This document shows positions 63,264 to 64,000 of a stretch of 64,000 nucleotides of DNA, one piece after another. The stretch is from a virus. The DNA lies in the IMG/VR virus record IMGVR_UViG_3300047481_001036, one strand, 5' to 3'. Position 1 is the stretch's first letter; every line of letters starts with the position of its first letter. The notes beneath the pieces are model-generated. The model did not search any database. It was not told where the DNA came from and saw only the letters and a program-made list of their open reading frames with translations. The position numbers and the translations under genes were made by a program.

Positions 63264-63383
63264 AGGAGACGATTGTCTGGCGACAAGTCCGAATGAGGCG
63301 GCAGTTCGATTCTGCAACACTAAATGGTGTGTCTGGGTAACGGCTCGACTGGAATATAAGGTTCGATTCCTTAATCGTCTTTT
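63264..63383 (+). ncRNA. tRNA-like RNA with two T-loop hairpins
   Basis: GAGACGAT/ATCGTCTT stem, TGTC/GACA arm, GCAG-TTCGATT-CTGC and TAAGG-TTCGATT-CCTTA. Confidence 0.65.
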
Positions 63384-63459
63384 ACACAATATATTGACTC
63401 TGATAAGCATGGTGCTTATCCCAATATAAGTTTAGATGTAGTAGGAAACGGTGAAGATA

Positions 63460-64000
63460 ATGAGTAACGGTTTTAGTGATAATCTTGGTTTTAATCCTTT
63501 TGATAAGAGTAACAGTCATGCTGGAAAACGGCACGTTAATTCATGGTCTAGATTTCGACAGAAATTTTTAGATTCTTTTAAGCAAAGTCATATCTTTGTT
63601 TATAATGGTAATCCTCGTAAGAAGATTAGTAGTATGAACCATACTGGTGATTTAAATGAAGCTTTGCGGGCTAACGACAATAACCATTCTGATGTTTACT
63701 TTTATGTAAATGGAGGTCGAAAACTATATGCTATCAAGCAATTTACTTGTTGCTTTTGTGATATGGATGCAGGCAGGGATAGTGAGGGCAAGTATTTTAA
63801 GCCTAGCGTTGTAATGACCAAAAAGAAGAAGTTCTTGGAAAAGATCAATAGTTTTCCTGTTAAACCTAGTTGGGTAATAGATACTCGTAATGGCTATCAG
63901 TGCTATTGGATTTTTGACGATGCTAGTCGCAAGATTGTAGGCAGCAATAAAACTTTTTGGAATGGGTTACAGAAAAAGTTAGTTAACTATTTTGATGGTG
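63460..64000 (+). CDS. Partial RepB-like/AEP primase-domain protein (runs off the window)
   Basis: VYFYVN, FCDMD, PSWVIDT.NGYQCYW. Confidence 0.7.
   Translation, partial: MSNGFSDNLGFNPFDKSNSHAGKRHVNSWSRFRQKFLDSFKQSHIFVYNGNPRKKISSMNHTGDLNEALRANDNNHSDVYFYVNGGRKLYAIKQFTCCFCDMDAGRDSEGKYFKPSVVMTKKKKFLEKINSFPVKPSWVIDTRNGYQCYWIFDDASRKIVGSNKTFWNGLQKKLVNYFDG

Noticed and set aside
1-64000. Stop-codon reassignment (alternative genetic code)
   Set aside because: Long conserved genes such as ligase, rIIA, RtcB and ThyX are intact in the standard code, and TAA, TAG and TGA all end genes. No suppressor tRNA was seen.

Overview
This window looks like part of a large, AT-rich dsDNA phage genome (jumbo-phage-like, standard genetic code). 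Genes are densely packed and almost all on the + strand. The host is tentatively Planctomycetota, inferred from secreted-peptide styles and a tRNA set skewed to A/U-ending codons. Bases 1-11.5 kb form an early-type region of short modules, each headed by a paired 25-bp palindrome and a sigma70-like promoter with a GCCGATA spacer motif. It holds a tRNA cluster (including rare Ser-AGA, Ser-ACT and Ile-TAT) and several unannotated structured or tRNA-like RNAs. Bases 11.5-17.9 kb are gene-poor and hold seven of eight copies of a fixed-spacing 48-bp motif. The rest is mostly small hypothetical genes plus RNA repair and translation rescue functions (RtcB, DRB0094-type RNA ligase, tmRNA, PTH2-like, three metallophosphoesterases), nucleotide and DNA metabolism (ThyX, UvsE, DNA ligase, Endo VII-like, HhH glycosylase-like, PRTases, NUDIX, deaminase), envelope or secreted genes (CarF desaturase, PspC, M28 peptidase, thioredoxins, CAP), a tRNA-Leu(UAA) with a group I intron next to an HNH gene, rIIA/rIIB and a partial primase-like gene. 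The strongest finding is a metallophosphoesterase gene interrupted at codon 11 by GGT-TAG-[UUCG hairpin]-GGT, almost identical to the T4 gene 60 ribosome take-off signal. This suggests a minimal 22-nt programmed translational bypass. All family calls come from motif recognition by eye; no database searches were run.
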